64,000 nt of DNA from the NCBI RefSeq assembly GCF_018977255.1, contig NW_024704743.1, positions 47,866,001 through 47,930,000 of the forward strand, read 5' to 3'. A program made the translations under genes and the position numbers. Shown piece after piece: positions 40,130 through 52,709 of this stretch. Every line of letters begins with the position of its first letter. Within the stretch, counting starts at the first letter, position 1. A model generated the notes under the pieces. That model was given only the letters and a program-made list of their open reading frames with translations. It did not search any database and had not been told where the DNA came from. This DNA is from Callorhinchus milii. Its lineage: Eukaryota.

Positions 40130-40770
40130 GACTTGAAAGTGGCAGGTTCAAATCCTAGTCTGTATTAAATTCTCTGATCTTAGGGCAGCAACCGTGGCTC
40201 TGCAAATGGCCTGAGTGCCCTGGGTTTGCGAGGAATAATCAGTTAGGGTTCTATCCAGAGACTCCTGGCAGAATGTGTGGAGGTGTGGTGAGAACCGACA
40301 GGATCAGGCTGGGCTGTGATACCCCCGTGGTTGAAATGGATGCTGATGCTTTTGGGGTGAGGTACTGGAGGGGTCGAGCAACCATTCCCATTGTGGAGTC
40401 CTGTAGCTCAGTGGTTAGAGCATTCGCCTTGCAAGCGAGACACCTGGATTCAATTCCAGGCAGGGTGAAACCTTGGACAAGTTTCCTTATTCCACACGCC
40501 TAATAATAATCCCTCCAAAACAAAACAATAATAAATTGGTCATTTTCAATCCACCACTGTTTGTGGGACACTGCTGTGCACATTTGGCTGCCGCGTTTCA
40601 CCCACAAATATACAGTCAATTCACTTTACAGCATATTCTGTGAAGCGCTTTGAGACATCTAGAAGATGTGAAAAGTGCTATATCAATTGCAAGAATTATT
40701 ATTATTACAGGTAGAAAAGGAATTCAATGCCTTCAGAAGAAGAGCTGAGAGAGAAATTGGAGGAGGAAAA
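40130..40770 (+). mobile_element. Ancient AmnSINE2-like SINE, interrupted by a younger SINE (further fragments at 6605-6860 and 28580-28810)
   Basis: GGTTCAAATCCTAGTCTG..TGGCCTGAGTGCCCTGGG..GACAGGATCAGGCTGGGCTGTGATACCCCCGTGGTTGAA; resumes with AATGCCTTCAGAAGA. Confidence 0.6.
40393..40707 (+). mobile_element. SINE (TAGAA-loop subfamily) inserted in an ancient SINE
   Basis: Full head, body and tail; host element resumes near 40715. Confidence 0.88.
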
Positions 40771-42157
40771 TTGGTTAAAAAATGCATGGACCATATTATA
40801 GTGCTAAACAATAACAGGCGATAACACATAACACATTCCACAGTGAGGGAGTGGGAATAGAGAACACTGTGGCTTTAAACAACTGTTTATGTACAAGTCG
40901 TTTCCACACATAAGACTAACAATAATAATCATCCTTGCATTGATATAGCACCTTATCATATCGTCAAGATGTCTCAAAGCGCTTCATTGGATATACTGCA
41001 AACTGGATGAACTGTGTGTTTTGTGGGCGAAACACGGCTGTCAGTTACGCACAGCAGTGTCCCACCAACAGCCATGAAGTGTGAATGTGAAGCAATGAAG
41101 ACTGTCTGATTGTGAGCTCAGTGCTGTGGAAGCTGCCATACAATATACTCAGGGTGTTGTCTAGAGCATCGGGAGCTGCAGCTGGCTCTGCAGAGCAGCT
41201 TCACTGAGCTTAAGTCACTGCCCCACTGACCTCAGAGCTGTCAGCATCAGGGAAGCATTAGGAGCGAGATTTATGAGTTAAAAGAATGAGACAGATTGCG
41301 AACCCATTTAAAAATGGGAGCTGTAATTGCATCAAAATAAATTGCATGTTTAAACTTAACTGAGTGAGTCTCATTCCCAATGAGTGAGACTTAGTGCTGT
41401 AGGTTTGCTCCTTTGTTGTCTAGAAAGTCACATATGAACGGGCTGAAAAGTGCCTCTTATGTTTATACTCACATTATACCACTATACCAGTGAGTGGAGT
41501 AATATATCAAAGGCGGCTTTTGCTCTGTAAATCACAGTGTATTGTTTCTCAGTAAAACTGATCCTACCTGTCAGCCGACTCCATTACAATCCCAGTTTAG
41601 TCTCCTAATACAGTCCTGTGAAACACCCACTTTCAGGCACATGTGGCTGAACCATTTCAAAAGACTTGGTGACTGCAATGTTAGAGGCAGAAACAGAAGG
41701 TAACCAGACAGTTCCAGCAGTGACCCTGAGCAGAAAGTTTCTGAAAAGCTAAAATGAAGACTGGACTGTATATTAGAAATTGGAGTAAAAAATTTGATGT
41801 TTCAGAAAGATTCATAAATACATTCAATAAATATCAAATCTTTTATGAATCTCTTTCCACCCCATTCTCCCATTAAGAGAGATTAAATATTGAACGGTAA
41901 TTTATTTAATTTGAAGCTCCAGCACTTTTTTTAGAGATTTTTCATGAGACGTTAAACCGAGGTCCCATCTGGATGTTAAAGATCCCATGGCACTATTCAA
42001 AATGAGATGGTAGTTTCTCTTGGTCAATAATCATCCAGATAAAACTTAATGTCTGTTTGTAGAACATTGCTGTGTGCAAATTGGCTGCTGGGTTTGCCTA
42101 CAAATGCATTCATTTTGGAGAGCATCGGGAGCTGCAGCTGGCTCTGCAGAGCAGCTT

Positions 42158-42467
42158 GTGGAGTCCTGTAGCTCAGTGGTTAGAGCACTTGCCTCGGAAG
42201 CGAGAGACCTGGGTTTGATTTCCGGCAGGGCGAAACCTTGGGCAAGTTTTCTTATTCCACACTCCTGATAATAATCCCTCAAGAAAAAAAACACAATAAT
42301 AAATTGATCACTTCAATCCACGACTGCTTGTGGGACACTGCTGCCACGTTTCACCCACAAATATACAGTCAATTCACTTTATGGTATATTCCGTGAAGCA
42401 CTTTGAGACATTTAGAAGACGTGAAAAGTGCTATATCAAATGCAAGGATTATTATTATATTATTATT
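42158..42467 (+). mobile_element. SINE (TAGAA-loop subfamily)
   Basis: Full head, small internal deletion, (ATT)n tail. Confidence 0.88.
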
Positions 42468-43555
42468 CACTAAACTTTAAAATCCTGTGAAGACATCTTC
42501 CCAATGTAAAAAACACTATACCAAATGCAAGGATTATTATGTTTGAAAGTGTATCTAAAGCTACATATGAATTCAGGTGACCATTGAAACTGCTTGTGGT
42601 TTTCTTTGACAATTTATTTATGTCATGCAGAATATCGGAAGCATGTGGTTTGAAACCCTACATCAAATTTGTGGCACTAATTTGGTTACCTACAGATACA
42701 GTCACTACTCTTTAATAAAACTCTTGTGAAGTCCTTTGAATATCGGAAGCATGTGGATTGAGCTCATAGTCTATGCTGACACTCCTCTGCTGTGGTGGGG
42801 GAATGTTGCATTGCCGTAAGTTCTGTCCTTCGGATTCTGCCTGTAAAGTTAGATATTAAAAATCCCATGGCACTATTCAAAAAGGAAAAGGAGTGCCCTG
42901 GCCAACAATCCTACTTATAAAAGATTAGTCATTCACTTCATTGCTGTTTGTTGGACTAATTTAGTTACCTACAGATACAGTCACTACAATTTAAGAAAAC
43001 TCTTGTGAAGTCCTTTGAGATGTTTCATTGATAGGATAAGGCTCTATATGAAATGCAAGATTTATTATTATTAATATGTGGAACATATAACATGCAACAT
43101 ATAAATACAAATATAACTAATAAATATGAAGTAACAGTATGATATCTGTCCATTGTTGATCTTTGGAGGAGGAAAGGAAACAGAACTAGTTTTGCTCCCT
43201 TTTGTGCTGAGCTCAGACTCTCTTTTTCTTTCTTGCTGCACAAGTAATGGTACGATGTACAACATTTAGTAAATGTATTGACGTGGTGTTGAAGTATAGT
43301 GCCTGACACAAAGGGGCTACTGAAAGGATGTAAACTGCTATCAGAGCAACAATGTGATGTTTGGTAAAGAGAAAAGTGCTTGACCCGAAATGGCTACTGT
43401 CTGAAAGTCCAACTATTAGAAGGTATAAGGTAGCAGCACTGTAAATTGCCTGGCCTGAAGTGACCACTGAACAAAGAAATCCATAGTTTATTTGAATTTG
43501 TAGTGAATTGTACTGTCTGCGGAATTTCAGTATCTCAACCTCGTGTTGTTTTATC

Positions 43556-43869
43556 TATTAATAATATAAACCTTGCATTTGATAAAGCGCTTTTCACATC
43601 TTCTAGACATCTCAAAGCGCTTCATAGAATATACTGTGAAGTGAATTGACTATATATTTGTGGGTGAAACGTGGCAGCCAATTATGCACAGCAGTGTCCC
43701 ACAAACAGTCATGCATTGAAGTAACCAATTTATTATTGTTTTTTCTTGAGGGATTATTATCAGGCGTGTGGAGCAAGGAAACTTTCCCAAGGTTTTGCCC
43801 TGCCGGGAATCAAACCCAGGTCTCTCGCTTGCACGACGAGTGCTGTAACCACTGAGCTACAGGACTCCA
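43556..43869 (-). mobile_element. SINE (TAGAA-loop subfamily)
   Basis: Reverse complement of head, body and tail. Confidence 0.88.
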
Positions 43870-44099
43870 GAGCAGAGATAAGCTCTATCTTGCTTATCTC
43901 TGTTCCTGTGTGTAGTTTGAAGACATTGTCTGCTGCTCTGGGTAATGATGAACAGTTTTGGTCCTCAAAAAGCAATTTGTTTTAAAAAAAGTTCAAAATA
44001 TTTTTTGTAAATCCACAAATAAATCGTGTAGATGACTGCAGCTGACCAAAGTTAAATACTTCATCTCAGGACAATTTTATATCACTGAAACTGATCACA

Positions 44100-45170
44100 A
44101 TATCACAAGAGATGAGAAAGCCTTTTAGCCTATTTGATCTTATCCTTCTTGTGTACCAAACGTTCAATCGTCCTATTACAGCATTCAAACACTTCTAAAA
44201 GAAGTTTAGTCCTGGCTTCAACCACTCTTCCTGGTAACCATTCCAGCTGTTGATTACTCCCTGTGTAACATAATAATTATTGCATTTGTCCAAAAATTGC
44301 TCTTAGGAACCTTGATCCTCTTAAGTAGGTTGATAGGTTTCTGCATGTGTCAGACACCCGGCTGACCAAAATAAAAGCAACCTTGAACTGCAAACCTTCA
44401 AACCTAGGCTCTAAGACCTTATCACCTCCATCCTCACCCAACTCCATTACCTTCCCATCATACAGAGGATAATAATAATAATAATAATCCTTGCATTTGA
44501 TATAGCGCTTTTCACGTCGGGAGGACGTCCCAAAGCGCTTCACAGAACACACTGTAAAGTGAATTGACTGTATATTTGTGGGCGAACGCGGCAGCCAATT
44601 GCGCACAGCAATGTCCCACAAACAGTCGTAGATTGAAAATGACCAATTTATTATTGTTTTGTTTTGAAGGGGTTATTATTAGGCGTGTGGAGTAAGGAAA
44701 CTTGCCCAAGGTTTCGTCCTGCCTGGAATTGAACACAGGTCTCTCACTTGCAAAGCGAGTGCTCTAACCACTGAGCTACAGGACTCCACTATTAGCGGGC
44801 GAGCCTTCTGTCACTCTCTCCCCACCCTCTGGAACTCCATCCCGCAGTCCCTATGCCCCACCCCCTCCCTTCATGACCCATCTCAAGACCCTCCTCTTCG
44901 ACCGTGCTTTCGATCTCCCTGCTTCCCCCCCGCCCTACACCCCCTCCCGAACTGGATAAATTTATCCAGTTAAGCATCATGCCACTCCAGAGGCTCCTCA
45001 AGAGACTCTTTTCAAGGATATAGAGCCCTAGCTTATTTAATCGTTCCTCATAGCTTATCCCTCTAACATTGGGGATCAGCCTTTGTTATTTTATCTGTAC
45101 TGGACCCAAAATCATTACTTCATGACCAAAACTGTACAAAATATTTCAGAACTGGCCTAACCAAAGCAGC
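44100..45170 (-). mobile_element. CR1-clade LINE 3' fragment, interrupted by an L2 fragment (about 44390-44950) and a SINE
   Basis: Reverse complement of 45005-45052 reads YEERLNKLGLYILEK, the CR1 ORF2 C-terminal signature. Confidence 0.7.
44469..44789 (-). mobile_element. Full-length young SINE inserted in an L2 3' fragment
   Basis: Reverse complement of the consensus, flanked by contiguous L2 sequence. Confidence 0.92.
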
Positions 45171-45269
45171 AGGCCTTTCTTTGTTCTCTTATGCACTTGC
45201 CTTACTCCATTACTGCTAAAATCCTCATCCTAGGCTCCAATGTATACAGAGCTATGCATCCTGAGTATT

Positions 45270-45575
45270 GGCAACGTGCTGTATTGTTGGAGCAGCCATG
45301 TTTCAGATGATATAACAAAGGACCCATCTGCCTGATCAGGTGGACATTAAAGATGCCATGGCACTATTCAAAAAGAGAAAGGAGTGTGTCCTGGCCAACA
45401 ATTCCACAAAATAATATTGGTCACTCACTTCATAGCTGTCTATGGGACACTGCTGTGCTCAAATTGTCCTCCATTTTCACCTGCAAAATACATTTCAGAG
45501 TATATCCTTTGAAGGGCTTTGAGATGTTCTCCTGACATGAAAGGCTTTTTATCAGATATAAGGATTATTATTATT
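45270..45575 (+). mobile_element. Older Deu-type SINE fragment (similar fragments at 41940-42105, 42760-43070, 33380-33600)
   Basis: GGTGGACATTAAAGATGCCATGGCACTATTCAAAA..GTCCTGGCCAACAATT. Confidence 0.65.
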
Positions 45576-47197
45576 GGCTCCCACACTAGGCTCTGCATGC
45601 ACATTAGCCACCTCCCACCCCATATTTGCCCAGCTCCATTGGCTCATAGTAACCTCAATGGTTTGACTTTCAAATTCAAGAGTGCTGTAGCTCAGGGAAT
45701 GATTAACAATAACAACAACTTGCATTTATATAGCGCCCTTCACGTTGGATAATATCTTGGAGTGCTTCTCTGCACAAGGGTAGAGAAGAAGAAAATGAGA
45801 ATGTGTTGACCTTCCTTGCAGTATACATTTAAAAAAATCTTCAATCCTAGTTTGAATCAATGTCTAAAATGTCCTGAATCACTGATTATTCTCTCTGCGT
45901 GTAAAATTATGTAATATCAGATACTTGCAGATAAGTAGAAATGGTCGGTGAAATTAATGCCCTTGTTTTGAACTAATAAAACCTTTTGATCTTTGACATA
46001 TGGAAAAGTAAGTTTGTCCTGTCTATTGAAAGGAACAGGAGCCTCATGAATAACGCTGGTTTGCTTTGATGGAAGTAGCCGTGCATGCCCAGCAGCCTTG
46101 GTTTTGTAAACAGATTAGAGAATGCTCATCAGCATGTATTTGCATCTCACAAACTCTTGTGTGCCATAGCCTTTCTCTTAACTCTAATGAGCTGTGAAGA
46201 CTCCCTGAATTTTAAGAAATGCCATTAACTCTTGAACTAAATGGAAGTCTGTAAATGGCTTTTTACCTGAGGGGCTCATCATTATTTCCAAGACACTTTT
46301 AAAACCTTTGGCTGTTGTTAACAGGGAACTGCTATGAATTTAAATGGATATTCTTCCTTCTCTTAACTTGTTGTATTGATTCCTGTTCCTTTTGAACTGA
46401 GGATAAGCATGATGCTCTCTGCTGCAAGAGACATGATAAGTGACTGAATCAGCCACAATGGATGGTCTTGCGTCATGTTGTCTGAGGCTCTTGCAGCAGT
46501 GAGAGAATAAAATCTCTGAGCAGTGCTGTAATTGTTCCCTTTGCTGTGTGACATTTTGTTCTGCTTTTTTTAAATCAAAGTGCTGGAGTGATGGTCAAAG
46601 GGAGGTATTGTTGTTTAGTTCAGCCACAGCTTTTACCAGAAACCCCAGGGATTCCTGTTGTTGGTTTTCCTTATGTAAGGAACGCCACTGAGTTTAGTCA
46701 TTCACTTCATGGCTGTTTGTGGGACAAGTTCACCAGATCCGAAGATTGGTCTGGATGAAGAAGGCCCTTACGTCCATCTGATCTCAACCCTCCAGAACCC
46801 AACTATCATCTCTCCATCAATGCATCATGCATCAGGACACTGGATTCATTTTTAAATCAAGAAATATTCAATCAAAAAACAATTGAAAACACTCCATCGA
46901 TCGAACATGGACTTACCTAGACTCATGCGAATGTTTGGGAGGGGGCGGGGGGCTTCTTGATGGCCACATGGGCCACAGTTTGGCTGCCAATATACAGTCA
47001 ATTCACTTTACAGTGTGTTCTGTGAAGCGCTTTGGGACGTCCTCCTGACGTGAAAAGCGCTATATCAAATGCAAGGATTATTATTACCACTGCCTAAGTC
47101 ACATCTGGAGTCCTCTAGTTATAGAAACAGCCTATTTATGTTAACCATATCAAACCTTTTTATAATTTTAAACAACTATATTAATTTCGATTTTTAA

Positions 47198-47686
47198 ACA
47201 ACAACAACAAAATTACATTTATAAAGTGCCTTTTACTTCGGGAGGACATCCCAAGGCACTGGACAGACAAAGTTATGGACCAGGCTGGGGTTCGGGGTTG
47301 GGGAGGGTGGAGGGCAGGAGGGGAAGCAGGGAGATCAAAAGCACGGTCGAAGAGGAAGGTCTTGAGATGGGCCTTGAAGATGGCAAGGGAGGGGGCAAGG
47401 TGGAGGGACTTGGATGGAGTTCCAGAGGGTGGGAGCAGAGTGGCCTGCTCGCCAATAGTGGGGTGAGCAAGGCGGGGGACTTGAAGCAGGCCGGAGCCCG
47501 CCGAGTGGAGGGAGCGAACAGGATGGTAGGGGGGAGCAAGACCATGGAGGGCTTTGAAGATGAGGACCAGGATCTTGAACTGTATCCTCTGTGTGATGGG
47601 AAGACAGTGGAGTTGTGGGCAAGGATTGGGGTCATAGGGTCGCAGAGCCTAGTGCGGGAGAGGACACAGGCTGCAGAGTTCTGAAT
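47198..47686 (-). mobile_element. L2 3' fragment
   Basis: IQNSAACVLSRTRLCDPMTPILA on the minus strand; (CAA)n tail at left. Confidence 0.85.
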
Positions 47687-47689
47687 GAT

Positions 47690-47944
47690 CGCACAGCACA
47701 GCAATTGCGCACAGCAGTGTCTCACAAACAGGCATGACCAAATTATTATTTTTTTTCTTGAGGGAATATTATCCCCGAAAATGCGATCTGCCAATTGACT
47801 AACAACCGGGTTTCTATTTGCTGCTAGGTAAGCAGAGGCGTGTGGAGTAAGGAAAATTGCCCAACATTTCGCCCTGCCGGGAATCGAACCCAAGTCTCTC
47901 GCTTGTGAGGTGAGTGCTCTAACCACTGAGCTACAGGACTCCAC
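47690..47944 (-). mobile_element. Long SINE variant with an extra central segment; tail missing
   Basis: tRNA head with GGTTCGATTCC B box, then ...CCACACGCCTCTGCTTACCTAGCAGCAAATAGAAACCCGGTTGTTAGTC... Confidence 0.8.
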
Positions 47945-48269
47945 TGAAGATGTGTTGTTGCAATAGAATGTGCCTCTGATGAAAAGAGAATTGTCCACCT
48001 GAGTTGCTGACCACAGGGAGTTGCTCTTTGCTATCAGTGAACCCATTACCTTCCACTTTTGATTTGCTTGGGTTCAGCAAGTGCCAAACAATAATGTCTT
48101 AGCTCCACAGGGAACTAGAAGTGAAGTGAAATACTGTATAGTTAGTTGAGGCTGAGAGTGTTTGTCAGGCACCTTCACTCTCACTTTGTTCTCCAGCCTC
48201 CACTGGTGTTATTGTATTAAGTTCTGCTTCCTATAGGCTTCAGGGGGAATGGGCAAGCATACAATGATT

Positions 48270-48665
48270 GTCAGCCTGGCTCAGTTGTAGCACTGTCATC
48301 TCTGAGTGAGTGGTTCAAGCCCCACATCAGAACTTGGCATCATATAGTCTACGATGACACTCCAATGCAGTGCTGGGGATGTGTTGCATTATCGGAGCTG
48401 CTGTCCTTTGGATGAGACGTTAAACCAAGGTCCGATCTACCTGTTCAGGTGGACATTAAAGATCCCGTAGCACTACTCAAAAAGAGAATGGAGTTTTTTC
48501 CGCTCTCCTGGCCAACAATTCCCCAAATAAATCGGTCGGTCATTTCATGGCTGTTTGTGTGACATTGCTGTGCGCAAATTGGTTGCCACATTTCCCCCAC
48601 AAAATACACAATCAATTCACTTTATAGCATATACTGAGCACATCTCAATGCCATTATGATTATTA
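48270..48665 (+). mobile_element. Older Deu-domain-type SINE, near complete
   Basis: tRNA-like head (TGGCTCAGTTG...GGTTCAAGCCC), then GATGAGACGTTAAACCAAGGTCC..GGACATTAAAGATCCC..GCACTA..TCCTGGCCAA, resembling the Deu domain as remembered. Confidence 0.7.
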
Positions 48666-49696
48666 TTGTTAATAATAATTAACAATATTTATTTGTTTAA
48701 GCACTGGCACCAATCACCAGGGTCACTTGTCTAGCTGCAGGGCTGAAAGCACCATTAAAGAAAGTTCTTGTTCACAGAGGTCCAGAAGAAAGATTCATCA
48801 CTGCTGTACTGGTAATCTAAAAAAAAACAGACAGAAGCTAAATGTAGAAGTAATAATAATAATCCTTGCATTTGATATAGTGTTTTATCATGATGTCAAA
48901 ATGTCTTCATAATAGATAGATTGCATCAATATTGTCTTTATATCTTTAACAGGTTTTGAAAAGAACTGGCAATGAACTGCAGCCCAGCTCAGCTATTACT
49001 TGTTTATGTATTATCTCTCAGAAGTTATGTTTATTAAGTCTAATTCAGTAAACCGATGAGCAGTGACATTTATATTGAAATGTGTGCATGACAGAGCCCC
49101 TGATCGAAAAGTACTTGTGCTTTGGTACCTCCACTATACTGCCCTTCCATTTCCTTTATTAGCTTGAATAGATACTTTACTTTCCTTTACGTCTGCTGCC
49201 CCTTCAAATTCTTGTTCAAAGACTTCTCACTGAGTCAATTGCTCACCAGTCAGGAAGTAAGTCTTTATCCTGATTTTCTGTTATTTATTTGTGTAATTAA
49301 GGACAATAACCCCTTTTTTGCATGTGTGATATCAGTCTCTTTGTTCATTGCCCTTGTCCCCTTGTAAACACCACCTTAGGCTTTCTAAGTAGACATGCGT
49401 CTTCCAGTCCCAGATTTAAAAGACTCAGTACCAACTCAACAACAAAGTGGGGCTGTTCCTTTAGAATCTGCAATAAGACTACATGGGGATCTTTAATTGT
49501 TTGGCAGGCTGGCTGCAGTGTTTGTAGTTGTTTTCTCCTGCTGATGCTGTTGAGTTTAAGCTCCTTGTATCAGTGTACCCTCTTTCAGCAGGGTTCTACT
49601 TGGTACAAGTAGTGCCTCTCTGTAGTGCCTGTAATAATAATCCTTGCATTTTGATATAGCATCTTATCGCCTTTTTGAGTCATCTCAAAGCACTTC

Positions 49697-49992
49697 AACA
49701 ACAACAATCCTTGCATTTGATATAGCGCTTTTCACGTCTTCTAGACGTCCCAAAGCGCTTCACAGAATATACTGTAAAGTGAATTGTCTGTGTATGTTTG
49801 TGGGCGAAACGCGGCAGCCAATTGCGCACAGCAGTGTCCCACAAACAGTCGCGGATTGAGTGACGAATTTATTATTATCATTTTTTGAAGGAATTATTAC
49901 CCCTGGAAAGCGATCCGACAATCGACTAACAACCAGGTTCCTACTTACTGCTAGGTAAACAGGCATATGGCATAAAAAAACTTGCCCAGCGT
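49697..49992 (-). mobile_element. Long SINE variant, head missing, (TTG)n tail
   Basis: Contains GTTTACCTAGCAGTAAGTAGGAACCTGGTTGTTAGTCG plus the standard body and tail. Confidence 0.8.
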
Positions 49993-51531
49993 TTTTAACC
50001 CTATTTACATGACACCTGCACACTTGCATCTGTGAATTTGTAGCTGGTTCATAGTCCCAATTTGCAAGCTGCTGAGTTACTCGACTTTGTTTTCATTGTA
50101 GGGATGTTGGTCTGGTGAGTTCCTTTTTCCCCAGGAAAATAAACAAGCAAGAAAACTCCCAGTTCATACCGATGTGAAATGTACATCAATATAACATAAA
50201 CACCAGAACTATCTCGAGACAAAACATTTGCAGTAATTTGTAGCAAAGATGCAATTCACAGTAATCCAATAGTCACATAAACAGTTTGTATGCCCCAGGT
50301 TATTTGAAATACTTTTCAATTCAATATCTGGCAGGCCTTCTGGCTATCTGCTTTTAGACGTGGAGTCGGTGTGATAAACTAGTTAATAAGCTCAATTTTT
50401 GTAAGGAGATCAGAGCAGATCTTTCCTGTCACAGTAATGAAACGGTTCTCAACATGATTAATGCCACTGTTATATTGAAGACCCAGAGCAGCTATATGTG
50501 GTACCAAAATGGAGGTGTTGCTGAATCCTGAGTCTTTGCTGCTATGGCTTTGCCTCCAGACTTCCAGAAGGCAACTGACATTCTGCACGTATGTAAACAC
50601 CTTGATATTAATGTGTAAATAACAATGTCAGATTTTCGCCATGAACAAATCATCATTCCAAATGTATTTCCCAATCTCCATTTCCCAAATAACAGTAGCT
50701 GAGGCCAGAATATCAGGGAATTTTGCTTCTGTTCAACTGCAATTATTTGTGTAGCACAGATCACAAAACAAATTCTAGACATTTCATGTGAATACTAAGG
50801 TCTTACTGCATAGCGATACGTACTCATTGCTGTTATTTGTGCTTGAATAGAAGTCATTAGGTCTGGCTGGAGACCTGATTCAAAATAAAGTGGAAATTTG
50901 GATCCAAAATAGTAGTAGGTTATTAGCTGCCTACTTAGCTTGCCTTTAGACATGAATTGAACAACAACTTTCCTTTATGTAGCATTGTTAACGTAGAGTA
51001 ACATTTCAGATTGCTTTCTAGAGATGATGCCAGACATGAGCTAGAGGGTATTGAAAAGCAGAGGACTGCTCTGAGACACTAACCTATACTTGTTCAAGTT
51101 TGTTAAATAAATGCAAGTTGTTGTTGTTGTTGTTGTTGAGAGAGCTTACTGTAGGCACAGCTAGAGGTAGGCAAAGGGGTTGAGAATGGAGTTCCAGACA
51201 GTGGAGGTATAGTGGCTGCAGACTCACACGCAGGGCGGGGTGTGATGTGGGGGTGCACAGAAAATGCGAGGTTGCTGAGTGGAGGGCAAGCAGACAGGTA
51301 AGGCTGGAGAATATCACAGTGGTAGGGAGGAGTGAGGGTATGAAGGGATTTGTGGGTGAGGATCTTTAAGTCATTCTGCTGGGAGGCAGGGAGACTGAAG
51401 CGTGGTGAGGATGGGATTGCTGGGGATGAGGAGATGGAGTTTTGGATGAGCTGCAGCTGTGGATTATATAGCTGGAGAAGCTGGACAGAAGGACATTGGA
51501 AGTCAAGTCTGGAGATGATAAAGTCATGTAA

Positions 51532-52626
51532 AGCCTTTGACACTGTGGATCACTCAATCCTCCTCCACCGCTTCTCCTCCCACCTCAACCTTCAAGGTTC
51601 TGTCCTTGGAGTCTTGTAGCTCAATGGTTAGAGCACATGCTTTGCAAGTGAGAGACCTGAGTTCAATTCCAGGCAGGGCGAAGCTTTGGGCAAGTTTCCT
51701 TACTCCACACGCCTAATAATAATAATCCCTCCAAAAAATCAAAACAATAATAAATTGGTTATTTTCAATCCATGACTGTTCATGGGACATTGATGTGCGC
51801 AATTGGCTGCCGCGTTCGCCCACAAATATACAGTCAATTCACTTTACAGTGTGTTCTGTGAAGCGCTTTGGGACGTCCTCCCGCCGTGAAAAGCGCTATA
51901 TCAAATGCAAGGATTATTATTATTATTATTATTGACTGGTTCAAGTCCTACCTTTCACACCGCCTCCACTTCATCACGGCAAACGGCTTTTCCTCCAGCC
52001 CCCACACCGTCTCGTGCAGTGTTCCTCAGGGCTCTGTCCTCGGTCCCCTCCTCTTCACCCTCTACATGCTCCCCCTTAGTGACATCATCCGCAGACATGG
52101 GGTAAATTTCCACATATATACGGATGACACCCAACTCTATCTCTCTGCCTCTGCCCTGAACTCCAGGACTACTGGCGTCCTGACCGACTGCCTGTCCAAC
52201 ATCAAGTCCTGGACGAGGGCCAACTTTCTCCAACTCAATGTCAGCAAGATTGAGGCCCGCCTGATTGGCTCGCGCTAGCGCCTCCGCACTTCAGGCGCTG
52301 GTAGCATTAACCTCTATGGCTGCACACTCAACCTCACTAAGCCAGTCAGGAACCTGGGTATCTTGTTTGACCCTGAACTGTCCTTTCTCCCACAGTCCCT
52401 TTGCTACGCTTCCTCCTTTGCCTCCTTCAAGGCCGGTCTCAAGACCCTTCTCTTCGATCGTGCATTTGGTCTCCCTCCCACCTCTCTGACTTTCCTCACC
52501 CTTACACCACCTCTCCCCATGCTCAGGCCCTGGGACCTGACTGTTCAACGCTTTGGAACGTCTCCTGACGTGAAAGGCGCTCTATAAATGTAATGTTGTT
52601 GTTGTTGTTGTTGTTTGTTATTGTTG
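51532..52626 (+). mobile_element. Younger 5'-truncated L2 with an internal deletion
   Basis: [23 protein letters not shown]; about 490-nt deletion near 52392; stem-loop and (TTG)n tail. Confidence 0.88.
51608..51933 (+). mobile_element. Full-length young SINE inserted in an L2 fragment
   Basis: Same consensus; splits the L2 reading QGSVL|DWFKSY. Confidence 0.92.
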
Positions 52627-52709
52627 TAATAAGGGTTTCAGCAGTGCTGGGTGTGAGATAGGGATGGAGATGCGTGATGTGGCAAAGATAGATAGAGAAA
52701 AGTGGTATC

